64,000 nucleotides of DNA from Candidatus Nomurabacteria bacterium RIFCSPHIGHO2_12_FULL_42_19 (lineage in GTDB: Bacteria > Patescibacteriota > Minisyncoccia > Phycocordibacterales > UBA9973). The notes beneath the pieces were generated by a model, which was not told the origin of the DNA, did no database searches, and saw nothing but the letters and a program-made list of their open reading frames with translations. The position numbers and the translations under genes are program-made. Positions 1 through 7,792 of this stretch are shown piece after piece. The DNA lies in contig MFUM01000005.1 of NCBI GenBank assembly GCA_001786955.1, positions 24,645-88,644 of the forward strand, in the 5' to 3' direction. The stretch's first letter is position 1, and the number at the start of each line of letters is the position of its first letter.

Positions 1-1227
1 GAAAAGCCGATTATTCCTATTGTGGGAAAAATGGAAAAATGCGGGATTCTGATAGATAAGAAATATTTTGAGAAATTGTCCGGCGAATATCATAAAGAAT
101 TAGACCTTCTGGTTAAAAAAATATACAAGATAGCGGGCACGGAGTTTAATATTAATTCTCCGAAACAATTAGGAGAAGTGCTTTTCGGGAAAATGGGCAT
201 AAGGTCAGGCAAAAAAAAGAATACCAGCGGATCTTTCTCCACCAAAGTTTCAGTTTTGGAAGAACTGGAAGAAGATAATCCGATTATAAAAGAAATTTTA
301 GCCTATCGGGAATTGCAGAAACTGCTTTCCACTTATATCGATGTAATTCCAAAAATGGCCGGCAAAGACGGCCGATTGCATGCCAGATTCCTGCAAAACG
401 GCACAACGACCGGCCGATTTTCTTCACAAGATCCGAATTTACAGAATTTGCCGATAAAAACGGAGCTTGGCAGGAGAATCCGGGGCGGTTTTATAGCGCA
501 AAAAGGCCATAAGCTAGCCGCTTTTGACTATAGCCAGATTGAATTAAGAGTGGCAACCATGCTCTCGGGAGATAAAAAATTAACACAGATTTTTCGCGAC
601 AAAAAAGATGTTCATGCCGGTGTCGCTTCTTTTGTATTTGGCGTGCCGTTGGAGCGGGTTGACGGCGAAATGCGCCGCCGCGCGAAAGTTATCAACTTCG
701 GCATTATTTATGGTATGGGCGTATCCGCTTTACGCAAAAATCTCGGGGGTACGCGCGAAGAAGCGCAAAAATTTTATGATAATTATTTTAACCAATTCTC
801 GGGTGTGCGGGATTATTTGGAAAATGTAAAAGAATTTGCCCTGAAGCATTCTTATACGGAAACATTGTTCGGCCGCCGCCGTTATTTTCCGAATATTAAT
901 TCCAGAATTCCTTTTTTGAAAAATATGGCAGAACGGACTGCCATCAATGCGCCGATTCAGGGCACGGCCGCTGATATTATTAAGCTTGCCATCAGGTATG
1001 CCGAAGAAGATCTGAAGAAAATGGGAATTCTGGATGAGGTTCATTTAGTGCTTCAAATCCACGATGAATTGGTTTACGAAATCAACGAGAATGTATTACC
1101 GCAGGCTGATGAAATAATAAAAAATGCCATGGAAAATGTGTTAGAAAGGTCGTATTTGCGCTACAAAACCGATGTTCCTCTCCTGGTGCATTCCGGTTTT
1201 GGAAATAATTTCGGGGAAGTAAAATAA
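1..1227 (+). CDS. polA: DNA polymerase I, C-terminal polymerase domain (5' end outside window)
   Basis: Pol A family motifs: KILAYRELQKLLSTY, DYSQIELR, QGTAADIIKLAI, HDEL. The reading frame is open from base 1. Confidence 0.9.
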   Translation, partial: EKPIIPIVGKMEKCGILIDKKYFEKLSGEYHKELDLLVKKIYKIAGTEFNINSPKQLGEVLFGKMGIRSGKKKNTSGSFSTKVSVLEELEEDNPIIKEILAYRELQKLLSTYIDVIPKMAGKDGRLHARFLQNGTTTGRFSSQDPNLQNLPIKTELGRRIRGGFIAQKGHKLAAFDYSQIELRVATMLSGDKKLTQIFRDKKDVHAGVASFVFGVPLERVDGEMRRRAKVINFGIIYGMGVSALRKNLGGTREEAQKFYDNYFNQFSGVRDYLENVKEFALKHSYTETLFGRRRYFPNINSRIPFLKNMAERTAINAPIQGTAADIIKLAIRYAEEDLKKMGILDEVHLVLQIHDELVYEINENVLPQADEIIKNAMENVLERSYLRYKTDVPLLVHSGFGNNFGEVK

Positions 1228-1250
1228 GACATTTGTGATATAATAAACAA

Positions 1251-1721
1251 ATGGAAAACCATAATAAAAACTATCCTGAAAAACAAAGCGTCCATAAGAT
1301 TTTAGCGCACTCTTATTCCGCTTATTTCCTTTTTTTTCTGATTAGTGTCTGCCTGGACCTGATTTTTAATTTTAAAATTTCCAGCAGTCCTTTTGTGGCA
1401 TTTCTGGGGGCTTTCTTTTTGGTAATTGGGACATTTTTGATTCTCTGGGCGCAGAAAACATCGCGGAATTTAAAAAAAGAAAATGTCAGCAAAGAAACCT
1501 TTTACCACGGACCTTATTGTTTTACCAGGACCCCCACCCATTTTGGCCTTTCTTTCCTGATGCTGGGATTTGGAATGATAGCTAATGCTTTTTTTGTTGT
1601 TGTCTTTGCGGTTTTTTCTTTTATTGTCGCGAAATTCTTCTTTTTAGGCAAAGAAGAAAAAATTCTTGCCGAAAAATATGGCGCCCCTTATTTGGAATAC
1701 AAAAAAATGGTCAAGTTTTAA
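1251..1721 (+). CDS. isoprenylcysteine carboxyl methyltransferase (ICMT)/phospholipid methyltransferase-like membrane protein
   Basis: Multi-TM 156-aa protein. C-terminal region (FYHGPYCFTRTP...EEKILAEKYGAPYLEY) resembles the ICMT/PEMT family. Confidence 0.5.
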   Translation: MENHNKNYPEKQSVHKILAHSYSAYFLFFLISVCLDLIFNFKISSSPFVAFLGAFFLVIGTFLILWAQKTSRNLKKENVSKETFYHGPYCFTRTPTHFGLSFLMLGFGMIANAFFVVVFAVFSFIVAKFFFLGKEEKILAEKYGAPYLEYKKMVKF

Positions 1722-1735
1722 TTCATTAAATATTT

Positions 1736-2401
1736 ATGCTGTATCTTTTTTCCGGCGACGATACTAAAAATAAAACTTTGAGTTATGAAAAATTCATGGA
1801 ATCCCTGACTGTGCAGGCAGGCATGCCGGGCGGCACGGAGACTTTTTTTATAAATAGAAATGATTTTGATCCGGTCCAAATTGAGAGTTTTTATTCGGGC
1901 GCCAGCCTTTTTTCCGCCTCATGCGCGGTTCTTTTTCAAGATGTTTTTGAGCGGGAGGAAACGCGTGATTTCATTTTAGGCAAACTGGCATTCATGAGCC
2001 AATCGGGAAACTCTTTCGTATTTCTGGAGGGGAAATTAAACAAACCTATTCTTGATGCTTTTAAAAAGGCTAGAGCGGAAATAAATATCTTTGAGCTTCC
2101 AAAGGAAAAACTAGAGAAGTTTAATACCTTTCTTTTGGCCAACGCTTTTGGTGAAAAAGACAAATTGAACCTCTGGATATACTTTCGGCAGGCGCTTTCC
2201 AGGGGAGTAAGTTTGGAAGAAATAGTAGGAGTGCTTTTTTGGAAAATCAAAGACCTGCTTTTAAGAAAGAATTTTAGCAAATTCTCCGAAGGACAACTTA
2301 AGGCCTTTGCTTCTAAAATCTCCTATCTTTTGCCGGAAGCCCGGAAAAAAGGCCTGGATGCCGAATCCGCCTTGGAGCAGTTCCTGCTTGAAGCTTTTTA
2401 A
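1736..2401 (+). CDS. holA: DNA polymerase III delta subunit-like protein
   Basis: The N-terminus (LYLFSGDD) resembles the HolA start. Size and position next to polA fit. Similarity is weak. Confidence 0.4.
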   Translation: MLYLFSGDDTKNKTLSYEKFMESLTVQAGMPGGTETFFINRNDFDPVQIESFYSGASLFSASCAVLFQDVFEREETRDFILGKLAFMSQSGNSFVFLEGKLNKPILDAFKKARAEINIFELPKEKLEKFNTFLLANAFGEKDKLNLWIYFRQALSRGVSLEEIVGVLFWKIKDLLLRKNFSKFSEGQLKAFASKISYLLPEARKKGLDAESALEQFLLEAF

Positions 2402-2463
2402 TTTATTTTTTACCTTGATTTTTGGCCTTATTTCGTATATATTTTATATTCAAACGAAGAAAT

Positions 2464-2537
2464 GCGCCCGTAGCTGTTTTGGTAGGTCGTTAGATTATAT
2501 GCGCCCGTAGCTGTTTTGGTAGGTCGTTAGATTATAT
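2464..2537 (+). repeat. 2 x 37-bp tandem direct repeats, each a truncated copy of the tRNA-Lys 5' end (GCGCCCGTAGCT) fused to GTTTTGGTAGGTCGTTAGATTATAT
   Basis: The two units are identical, head to tail, and end exactly at tRNA +1. Confidence 0.9.
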
Positions 2538-2610
2538 GCGCCCGTAGCTCAGCTGGTAGAGCAGATCCCTTTTAAGGATAAGGTCCTCGGTTCGATCCCG
2601 AGCGGGCGCA
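2538..2610 (+). tRNA. tRNA-Lys (anticodon TTT)
   Basis: Manual cloverleaf: acceptor GCGCCCG/CGGGCGC, D-arm GCTCAGCTGGTAGAGC, anticodon loop CTTTTAA, T-loop TTCGATC, discriminator A. Confidence 0.85.
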
Positions 2611-2706
2611 CAAAATGTTAAGACATTTTGTGCGGGCCGCAGGCCTGACGAGGCCGAGGCGGGGTCGCGCAAAAATTTAGTAAAATTTTATGGGTGACCA
2701 CAAAGT

Positions 2707-4449
2707 ATGGAAACGAGAATTTGTCAAAATTGCAAAAAAAATTTCACTGTAAAACCTGATGATTTTTCTTTTTACGAAAAATTAAAAGTTCCTTCACCCT
2801 CTTGGTGCCCCCATTGCAGATTTATACGGAGACTAACATTTATAAATCATCGCTCTCTTTATAAACGTACCTGTGAGAATTGTCACAATAATACTATTTC
2901 TATGTATCATCCTAATACACCCATAATTGTGTGGTGCGTGAAGTGCTATATAAGTGATACGTGGGATGCCCGAGATTATGCCCAGGAGTACAACTTTTCC
3001 AAAACATTTTTTAAACAATACAAAGAGTTAAAACAAAGCATCCCGCATAGAGCACTAGATCAGAATGAAAAAAACGGTACTGGCTGTGAATATTCCAACT
3101 TATGTTACACCAGCAAAAATATATATCTTTCTTTTGATGTGGGTGGTTCTGAGGATATTAAGTATTCAAGCTATGTTTTTAAAAATAACAAAAATTGTAT
3201 TGATTCTTTATTTATTAAAGAAAACGATCGATGCTACGAGCTCGTGCAGGCAATTTTGAATTATAATTCGTCTTTTCTAATTGAAAGTGATCAATGTATT
3301 GATTCGCATTTTCTATATGATTGCTCCAATTGCGTTAATTGTTGCCTATCTTCAAATATTAGAAACAAAAGTTATATATTTAAAAATAAACAACTAACAA
3401 AAAAAGAATATAAAAACGCTGTTGCGACACTTCAACTTGAAACTTATTCCGGGCAACAAAAAACAGGAAAAGAATTTATCGAAATGGCACAAAAGGCAAT
3501 TCATAAATATGCTCACATAAAAAACTCAGTAAAGACAGTTGGGGATTTTATAGAAAATTCGAAAAATATCTACCACTCTTATGGTCTTGTGGATGCTGAA
3601 AATGCTAAATACATTTTTATAGGCGCAAATACGATTAGAGATTCTCGTGACTTAGTGTCTGTAGGAAGACTTGAAGAATGCTATGAAGCTATTCTTGCGG
3701 GGAGAGGAGGTAGCCGAGTCATTTTTTCATTTAGTTGTGGAGGCGGAAGCAAAAATATTTTTTATTGCGATAGTTGTAGGGGTTGCTCTGACTGCTTCGG
3801 CTGTGTTGGTTTGAGTAAAAAACAATATTATATTTTTAATAAGCAGTATTCCAAAGAAGAGTATTTTAAATTAATTGAAAAAATAAAAAAGCACATGGAT
3901 GATATACCATATATAGATAAAATTGGCCGTAAATATCCTTTTGGCGAATGTTTCCCTACGGAACTTTCCCCGTTTGCTTATAATGAAACTATTGCATTCG
4001 AAGAACACCCTCTATTAAAAAATGAGATAATTGCTTCGGGATACAGATGGAAAGATATGGAAACAAAGTCCTACATTCCAACAATCAAAATAAATGCATT
4101 GCCTGATAGTATTGATGATGTTGCTGATACTATAATAGACGAAATTATAGAATGTCCAAATCAAGGTAAGGTAGAAACACAATGCACTTCGGCATATAGG
4201 ATATTACCTGACGAATTGTCATTCTATAGACAAATGAATCTACCGATACCTAGATTTTGCCCTAATTGCCGATATCATGCTCGTTTAGTGTGGAAGAACC
4301 CTTTTAATTTTTATGAACGAGAATGTATGTGTGAATTGAACAATCACAACCACCAAACAAAATGCCTGAATACATTTGAAACAATGTATGCCCCAGATAG
4401 ACCCGAATTAATTTTTTGCAAGGAATGCTATCAAGCTGAGATTTCTTAA
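2707..4449 (+). CDS. Cys-rich hypothetical protein with duplicated terminal zinc-ribbon-like modules and internal Cys-rich repeats
   Basis: 580-aa ORF. The N-terminal module (CQNC...FTVKPDDFSFYEKLKVPSPSWCPHCR...C.NC) is echoed at the C-terminus (ECPN...ILPDELSFYRQMNLPIPRFCPNCR...CMCE). Several CxxC clusters lie between them. Confidence 0.75.
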   Translation: METRICQNCKKNFTVKPDDFSFYEKLKVPSPSWCPHCRFIRRLTFINHRSLYKRTCENCHNNTISMYHPNTPIIVWCVKCYISDTWDARDYAQEYNFSKTFFKQYKELKQSIPHRALDQNEKNGTGCEYSNLCYTSKNIYLSFDVGGSEDIKYSSYVFKNNKNCIDSLFIKENDRCYELVQAILNYNSSFLIESDQCIDSHFLYDCSNCVNCCLSSNIRNKSYIFKNKQLTKKEYKNAVATLQLETYSGQQKTGKEFIEMAQKAIHKYAHIKNSVKTVGDFIENSKNIYHSYGLVDAENAKYIFIGANTIRDSRDLVSVGRLEECYEAILAGRGGSRVIFSFSCGGGSKNIFYCDSCRGCSDCFGCVGLSKKQYYIFNKQYSKEEYFKLIEKIKKHMDDIPYIDKIGRKYPFGECFPTELSPFAYNETIAFEEHPLLKNEIIASGYRWKDMETKSYIPTIKINALPDSIDDVADTIIDEIIECPNQGKVETQCTSAYRILPDELSFYRQMNLPIPRFCPNCRYHARLVWKNPFNFYERECMCELNNHNHQTKCLNTFETMYAPDRPELIFCKECYQAEIS

Positions 4450-4450
4450 T

Positions 4451-4957
4451 ATGAAAACAAGTCTCCTTCGCCAAGGCTCCGGCGGATCAAGGGAAAATAT
4501 AATAATACTGCATAATATCCGAAGCGTATCCAATGTTGGCGCGATGTTCCGCACAGCCGATGCGGCCGGTATTAATAAAATTTATTTGACCGGCTATACC
4601 CCTGCACCGCTTGACCGTTTTGGCAGAAAAAGAGAGGATTTGGCTAAATCTGCTTTAGGCGCGGAGGAGTATGTCAATTGGGAAGCTAAAAAAAACCTAC
4701 CCGCCCTCATGCGTAGCTTACGGCGGGAGAAATATCAAATTATTGCTATTGAACAAGATAAAAAATCAGTTGATTATAAAAAAATTAAGTTAAAACAAAA
4801 AAATGTATTTATTTTCGGCGCCGAAGTGACAGGTATTCCAAAAGATATTCTAAAAAAATGCGACATAATCGCCGAGATTCCTATGCGAGGCAAAAAAGAA
4901 TCACTCAATGTCTCCGTGGCGCTCGGCATAGCACTGTTTGGAATATTAAAAATATAA
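4451..4957 (+). CDS. SpoU/TrmH-family RNA 2'-O-methyltransferase
   Basis: SPOUT motifs: NVGAMFRTADAAG, IFGAEVTGIP, ESLNVSVA. Confidence 0.8.
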   Translation: MKTSLLRQGSGGSRENIIILHNIRSVSNVGAMFRTADAAGINKIYLTGYTPAPLDRFGRKREDLAKSALGAEEYVNWEAKKNLPALMRSLRREKYQIIAIEQDKKSVDYKKIKLKQKNVFIFGAEVTGIPKDILKKCDIIAEIPMRGKKESLNVSVALGIALFGILKI

Positions 4958-5049
4958 AATAAGGTTTTTGCCGGTACGGATTTTTTGAAGTTTAAAAAAC
5001 CCTGAAATGCTCGGCTCGTCAGCCTCGCAACCCCTTAAAAACCTTATTT
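4957..5049. repeat. Stem-loop element. 13-bp A/T-rich inverted repeat (AAATAAGGTTTTT / AAAAACCTTATTT) enclosing a conserved 71-nt core (4970-5040). Copy 1 of 2
   Basis: The arms abut the stop codons of the convergent genes. The core is 59/71 identical to the reverse complement of 57130-57200. Confidence 0.85.
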
Positions 5050-5992
5050 AATATTTTTGATGAAACGAGCAGAAGTGCGCGCTGCGGCCGTTGATGACTT
5101 TTCTTTTGATTATTCCTTTGCAGCCTTTTTTCCTGCATTTTTCTCCCGTGCGCTGGTAGGCCTCGTGATGAAGTTGAAATTTTCCCGGCAAACCATGAAT
5201 GTTGCGGTAGTCAGACATTGAATCTCCGCCAAAGTTGATGCCTTTTGCCAGTATTTCTTTCATAGCCTTAAACATTAATTTTATTTCTTTATCTTTTAAT
5301 TTCGAAATTTTTTGTTCAGGGTTTACTTTTGCTCGCCAAAGCATCTCGTCTGAATAAATATTTCCGATACCGGCAATGATGCTTTGGTCCATCAATATGG
5401 TTTTAATTTTTCCATTCGGTTTTTTGTTCAGGCATTCTTTTAGTTTTTCCAAAGTAAATTTTTTATCCAACGGTTCCGGACCGATATTATTTAAATGCTT
5501 AGATTGATGAGCAGTATAACTATCAAGCAGGGTAATCTTTCCAAATTTGCGTGCATCTGAAAAAGCCAGATGTTTCTTGTTTGAAAAAACAAAAATTGCG
5601 TGAATAAATCTATTATAGGGGTCGTTGAGAGGGCCCTTTTCTGAAGGAATCCATGACCCCACCCTTCGCCCTCCCCTTGTTAAGGGGAGGGTTGGGGAGG
5701 GGTGGAATTTATATTTTCCATATAATAAATGCCCCGTCATTTTCAGATGCACTAAAATAGTTTTGCCGTCTGAGGTATTTATTAAGATATTTTTCGCCCG
5801 CCTTTCAACCGACAAAATTTTTTTATTTAAAATTTCTTTTTTGAAAACCACAAAAAACTTAAGATTGGCGATTGAGCTTTTTTGGCGTTTGTCCTTGGTC
5901 GCCAAATCAGTCCAGACATTTTTTATAGTCAGGCCTAAGATTGTCTTTCTTAATCCTTTGACGGTTGTTTCAACTTCCGGCAATTCCGGCAT
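5048..5992 (-). CDS. mutM: formamidopyrimidine-DNA glycosylase (Fpg/MutM) with a ~22-aa insertion
   Basis: N-terminal MPELPEVE, H2TH region, and C-terminal zinc finger CRKKGC...CSFHQ. Confidence 0.85.
   Translation of the reverse strand: MPELPEVETTVKGLRKTILGLTIKNVWTDLATKDKRQKSSIANLKFFVVFKKEILNKKILSVERRAKNILINTSDGKTILVHLKMTGHLLYGKYKFHPSPTLPLTRGGRRVGSWIPSEKGPLNDPYNRFIHAIFVFSNKKHLAFSDARKFGKITLLDSYTAHQSKHLNNIGPEPLDKKFTLEKLKECLNKKPNGKIKTILMDQSIIAGIGNIYSDEMLWRAKVNPEQKISKLKDKEIKLMFKAMKEILAKGINFGGDSMSDYRNIHGLPGKFQLHHEAYQRTGEKCRKKGCKGIIKRKVINGRSAHFCSFHQKY
5657..5705. repeat. GC-rich imperfect palindrome (CCCTCCCCTT-GTT-AAGGGGAGGG core) lying in frame inside fpg
   Basis: 10-bp perfect GC stem with extended imperfect arms. 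Local GC content is far above the genome background. Confidence 0.8.
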
Positions 5993-6000
5993 GGTATAAT
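5992..6000 (+). promoter_or_regulatory. extended -10 element TGGTATAAT, 6 nt upstream of the amidase ATG (leaderless-type)
   Basis: The same 9-mer recurs at 14851, 14871 and 17348. Confidence 0.5.
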
Positions 6001-6006
6001 CATACT

Positions 6007-6843
6007 ATGAAGAAGATATTATTAATAATTTTATTTCTTGGTTTTATTTTAATTCCAATATTTTTTGTCTATGCCCAGGAAACAATCAAAATATTGCTGG
6101 TGCCGGGACATGACGATGAAGTCTGGGGAGCGCAGTATGGAAATATGAAAGAAGCCGACATGACTCTAGCCTTGGCGACCAAGATTTATAATCTTTTAAA
6201 AAAGGATGAAAAATTTGAAGTTTATATCACCCGCAGTTCGGAAGGTTATACAAAAGAATTTGCGGATTATTTTGCCGACCGCCAGGCGGACGTGGTATCT
6301 TTCAAGGAAAATGCCAAAAAAGAAATGCAAAGCAAGGTTGACAACGGGAGTTTTATTCAAAAAACAAATCCTCCGCACAATAGAGTGAGCGAAGATATGG
6401 CTATAAGATTATATGGATTCAATAAATGGGCAAATGAAAATAAGATGGACGCGGTCATTCATATTCATTTTAACGACTATCCCAGGCCGAAGAAGTGGAC
6501 CATAGGAAAGTACAGAGGTTTTGTTATTTATATACCGGAAGGCCAAATGGTAAACTGGATGGGAAGCGGGCAGCTTGCCGCCAATATTTTTATACAATTA
6601 AATAAAAAATATGCGACGAGTAATTATGAAAAAGAACTGGGCGGACTGACTCCGGACCAAACACTGATAGCCCTGGGTTCAAACGGCACGTTGAATGCCG
6701 GCGCCCGATCGGTTCTTGTAGAGTATGGCTATATTTACGAAAAAAAATTTAGAACAAAAAATACCCGAGAACAAACTTATAAAAACATGGCGCAACTCAC
6801 CGTCACGGGTGTAAAAAAATATTTCTTCAAGAACGGTCCTTAA
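6007..6843 (+). CDS. N-acetylmuramoyl-L-alanine amidase (Amidase_3 family), membrane-anchored
   Basis: Signal/TM sequence MKKILLIILFLGFIL. Amidase_3-like LLVPGHDDEVWGA...E. C-terminal region present. Confidence 0.65.
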   Translation: MKKILLIILFLGFILIPIFFVYAQETIKILLVPGHDDEVWGAQYGNMKEADMTLALATKIYNLLKKDEKFEVYITRSSEGYTKEFADYFADRQADVVSFKENAKKEMQSKVDNGSFIQKTNPPHNRVSEDMAIRLYGFNKWANENKMDAVIHIHFNDYPRPKKWTIGKYRGFVIYIPEGQMVNWMGSGQLAANIFIQLNKKYATSNYEKELGGLTPDQTLIALGSNGTLNAGARSVLVEYGYIYEKKFRTKNTREQTYKNMAQLTVTGVKKYFFKNGP

Positions 6844-6869
6844 GAGAATTTCCCAAGGACCGTTCTTAT

Positions 6870-7469
6870 CTATTTCCCGCTTAGTATTTTCAACGCTTCG
6901 CGAATTTTGGCATTGGTATTCGTGTCGGGAACCTCGCCCGTACGGCCATGGCCGAGGGAGATTTTTTTCAAAGCTTCACGGGCTTCATTTTGAGAATAAC
7001 CGAGTGATTTTAAAGCTTCCAAGGCATCCAATTCTCCCTGCAGGGAAATCCCTCCTTTTTCATCCTTCATTTTTTCCGCAATTTTATCTCGCAGTTCAAT
7101 CACGATTTTTTCCGCAGTTTTCTTGCCGATGCCGGATATTTTCGTAAGATAACCCGTATCGCCCGTGCCAATGGCTTTTTTTAATGTTTCAATTGACGTA
7201 ATTCCCAAAATAGCGAGAGCCCCCTTCGGTCCGATGCCGGAAACATTTATAAGCATTTCAAAAAATTCCAATTCTTCCCGGTTTAAAAATCCATATAAAT
7301 CCAGCATATCTTCCCGCACGTGAGTGTGAATCCAAAGCATTATCTCTGTCTTTTTTGCTTTAGAGAATACATCACTTGAGACATTTATCTTATAACCGAC
7401 TCCATTTGTCTCAACTATTAAAAACTTTTCCGTTCTTAAAACTATTTTTCCTTTTATGCTTCCGATCAT
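6870..7469 (-). CDS. ruvA: Holliday junction branch-migration protein RuvA
   Basis: MIGSIKGKI...GVGYKINVS, HhH motifs GIGKKTAEKI, C-terminal domain. Confidence 0.9.
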   Translation of the reverse strand: MIGSIKGKIVLRTEKFLIVETNGVGYKINVSSDVFSKAKKTEIMLWIHTHVREDMLDLYGFLNREELEFFEMLINVSGIGPKGALAILGITSIETLKKAIGTGDTGYLTKISGIGKKTAEKIVIELRDKIAEKMKDEKGGISLQGELDALEALKSLGYSQNEAREALKKISLGHGRTGEVPDTNTNAKIREALKILSGK

Positions 7470-7540
7470 GGATTAATCATAACATATCCCGCCGAATACG
7501 GGCATTTGCGTTTTCTGGATATTTTTGATATGTTTACACC

Positions 7541-7792
7541 ATGCCAATTACACAATCAGCCAAAAAAGCAATCCGCGGCTCGCTGCGCAAGAAAGCTTTC
7601 AATGACCAAAGAAAGCGGGTAATGAAAGAAATAATCAAGAAAATTGAGAAAATTGCCAAAACCGACAAAGCTGAAGTTGTGAAAATGCTGAGCTCCGCTT
7701 TTCAGGCCATAGACAAGGCGGCGCAAAAGGGCGTGATTAAAAAGAACAACGCCGCCCGCAAGAAATCCCGTTTATCAAAATTGGTTCGTTAG
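7541..7792 (+). CDS. rpsT: 30S ribosomal protein S20
   Basis: MPITQSAKKAIRGSLRKKAFNDQRK, typical of S20. Confidence 0.9.
   Translation: MPITQSAKKAIRGSLRKKAFNDQRKRVMKEIIKKIEKIAKTDKAEVVKMLSSAFQAIDKAAQKGVIKKNNAARKKSRLSKLVR

Noticed and set aside
608-1044. Small ORFs on both strands inside polA
   Set aside because: Internal to the clearly conserved polymerase domain. Spurious.
2307-2510. 67-aa ORF running through the tRNA-Lys upstream repeats
   Set aside because: The reading frame is created by the repeat sequence itself. No RBS and no conserved motifs. Treated as non-coding.
2464-2610. Possible CRISPR array, given tandem direct repeats of 37 bp
   Set aside because: Only two units, identical and head to tail with no unique spacers. 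Each unit is a truncated copy of the adjacent tRNA 5' end. No cas genes nearby.
5625-5999. 124-aa plus-strand ORF overlapping fpg
   Set aside because: Shadow ORF antisense to a well-supported fpg CDS. It passes through the GC-rich palindrome, which reads similarly on both strands.
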